IMG/VR virus record: IMGVR_UViG_3300043447_000658
Location: 52,795 to 72,794 of that record
Reading direction: 5' to 3' (one strand)
DNA: 20,000 nucleotides
Source of the DNA: an uncultured virus (IMG/VR IMGVR_UViG_3300043447_000658)
Taxonomy: Duplodnaviria; Heunggongvirae; Uroviricota; Caudoviricetes
Below are positions 19,016 to 20,000 of this stretch, in pieces. Position numbers and translations under genes: made by a program. Each line of letters begins with the position of its first letter. Positions within the stretch are counted from its first letter, which is position 1. Below the pieces are notes generated by a model. The model saw nothing but the letters and a program-made list of their open reading frames with translations. It was not told the origin of the DNA and made no database searches.

Positions 19016-19027
19016 TGTTTTGTTTTT

Positions 19028-19057
19028 AAAAGTGGGGTGGATATTTCACCACCCCTT
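19028..19057 (-). terminator. GC-rich hairpin between the SSB and recombinase genes (weak terminator or stabilising stem)
   Basis: Minus strand GGGGTGG-TGAAATAT-CCACCCC (stem 19034-40/19049-55) followed only by ACTTTT. Confidence 0.6.
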
Positions 19058-19064
19058 AAATTAT

Positions 19065-19919
19065 TTAGAACGGTAAATCGTCGTTTGATTCTTCCTCATC
19101 TTGTGGGTCAGTATAAGTTACTGACGGTGCTGCGGATGGGGTAGATGTTCCGATAGTTGCTTCACCTGTTGAGTTTGAAACAAATTTCTTTGCTTCGCTA
19201 TCCCAACGTGGAACTTCTCCTCTTGCTACCATTTCAAGATAATCTTCACCTTTTTTAGAATAAACATCTGCCCAAGTTAACTCGTCGTTTGTCCATTGTT
19301 GGGCAATTGATGAGTCTGTGTGTAGTGGAGATGGGTCATCAGGGATTACTGAACTGATTGTTGTGTATTCTTTACCATTACCGGCTTTAGTTAGAGATAA
19401 TGTAAGAATTAAGTCACGACCTTTTTCAACATCTGTAACATCACCTTTAGTTCTGAAAATTGGGTGGATTTTATCCAATACCCCGTCAGCCTTTGTGTTA
19501 TGTTTAAATCTCCAAAATTTTGGTCCGTCTTGTTCGTTATCACGGTCGATAACTTTAACGATGTAGAAACCACGAGAACGATAGCTTCTTGCTAAGTCTC
19601 TGTCTTCTTGTACACCTGTCATCATTAAACTTTCATAAACTTCATTTAATGGTGAACGCTTACCCTCTTGTGCTGGGTCATATAATTTAGTCCATTGTCC
19701 ATCAACCTGAATTTCGTGAAATTTAACAGGTACGAATGGAGTTCCACCATCTGCAGGTGGTAAAATACGAATACGTTTTTCCACACTTCTCACACCTTTT
19801 GGTAAGATTGTTGTGAAATACTTCTTCATTCTATCCTCTTGGGATACTTTGTTTGCACTGCCGCTTGCGGCGTTTTTGGTCTTCTCATACTGAGCAAGTA
19901 CCGAATCTAATACTGACAT
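19065..19919 (-). CDS. Single-stranded DNA-binding protein, T4 gp32-like (284 aa)
   Basis: RIRILP, HEIQ..G.W, YIVKVIDRD, D..KGRDL.L motifs; acidic C-terminal tail EEESNDDLPF; next to uvsX. Confidence 0.85.
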   Translation of the reverse strand: MSVLDSVLAQYEKTKNAASGSANKVSQEDRMKKYFTTILPKGVRSVEKRIRILPPADGGTPFVPVKFHEIQVDGQWTKLYDPAQEGKRSPLNEVYESLMMTGVQEDRDLARSYRSRGFYIVKVIDRDNEQDGPKFWRFKHNTKADGVLDKIHPIFRTKGDVTDVEKGRDLILTLSLTKAGNGKEYTTISSVIPDDPSPLHTDSSIAQQWTNDELTWADVYSKKGEDYLEMVARGEVPRWDSEAKKFVSNSTGEATIGTSTPSAAPSVTYTDPQDEEESNDDLPF

Positions 19920-19953
19920 AATAATTGGGTTTTAAATTAAATAATAATTTATC

Positions 19954-19968
19954 TATACTTAAAGTATA
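19954..19968. promoter_or_regulatory. Perfect 7-1-7 palindrome (candidate operator) over the -10 box and predicted start site
   Basis: TATACTT-A-AAGTATA. Confidence 0.45.
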
Positions 19969-19991
19969 AACAAAAAAAGCCGGATTGTCAA
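19963..19991 (-). promoter_or_regulatory. Sigma70-type promoter driving the SSB/replication operon
   Basis: Minus strand TTGACA (19991-19986), 17-nt spacer, TATACT (19968-19963). Confidence 0.75.
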
Positions 19992-20000
19992 ACCCGGCTT
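19972..20000 (-). terminator. Intrinsic terminator of the upstream (out-of-window) gene
   Basis: Minus strand AAGCCGGGTT-TGAC-AATCCGGCTT-TTTTTG: 10-bp stem with one G-U pair and a 7-U tract. Confidence 0.85.

Noticed and set aside
45..19566. All short plus-strand ORFs in the track and the nested minus-strand ORF 3849-4058
   Set aside because: They lie antisense to or inside long, well-supported genes, have no recognisable motifs, and are the shadows expected from codon bias.
1..20000. Stop-codon reassignment, as seen in some large phages
   Set aside because: Genes are full length and contiguous under the standard code. Of 14 complete genes, 13 end in TAA and one in TGA, and no gene is broken by an in-frame TAG or TGA. 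Absence of TAG stops is unremarkable in AT-rich DNA.
1..20000. CRISPR array, tRNA genes, transposase/IS, or reverse-transcriptase system
   Set aside because: No spaced direct repeats, tRNA consensus, transposase or RT motifs found by inspection; nearly all sequence is accounted for by coding genes.

Overview
AT-rich segment of a large T4-like (myovirus-type) tailed phage genome. All credible genes are on the minus strand, tightly packed and read with the standard code. Reading right to left, a replication/nucleotide module (gp32-like SSB, RecA/UvsX, 5'-3' exonuclease, 147-aa hypothetical, DnaB/gp41-like helicase, nrdB, nrdA) is followed by a GC-rich structured non-coding element and a UUCG terminator. 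Next comes a baseplate/virion module: gp25-like, gp6-like, a 1248-aa Cys-rich protein, four more putative virion proteins and a partial ORF that runs off the left edge and is missing from the supplied ORF track. The most notable unexplained signals are (1) the ~90-130 nt structured element after nrdA, (2) strong enrichment of an [S/T]-G-x-T tetrapeptide in the putative distal virion proteins, (3) a TATTTAT motif before structural genes, once inside a hairpin that sequesters the start codon, and (4) a sigma70-type promoter built into a terminator, with a palindrome over its -10 box. Family assignments come from motif recognition by eye; no database searches were run.
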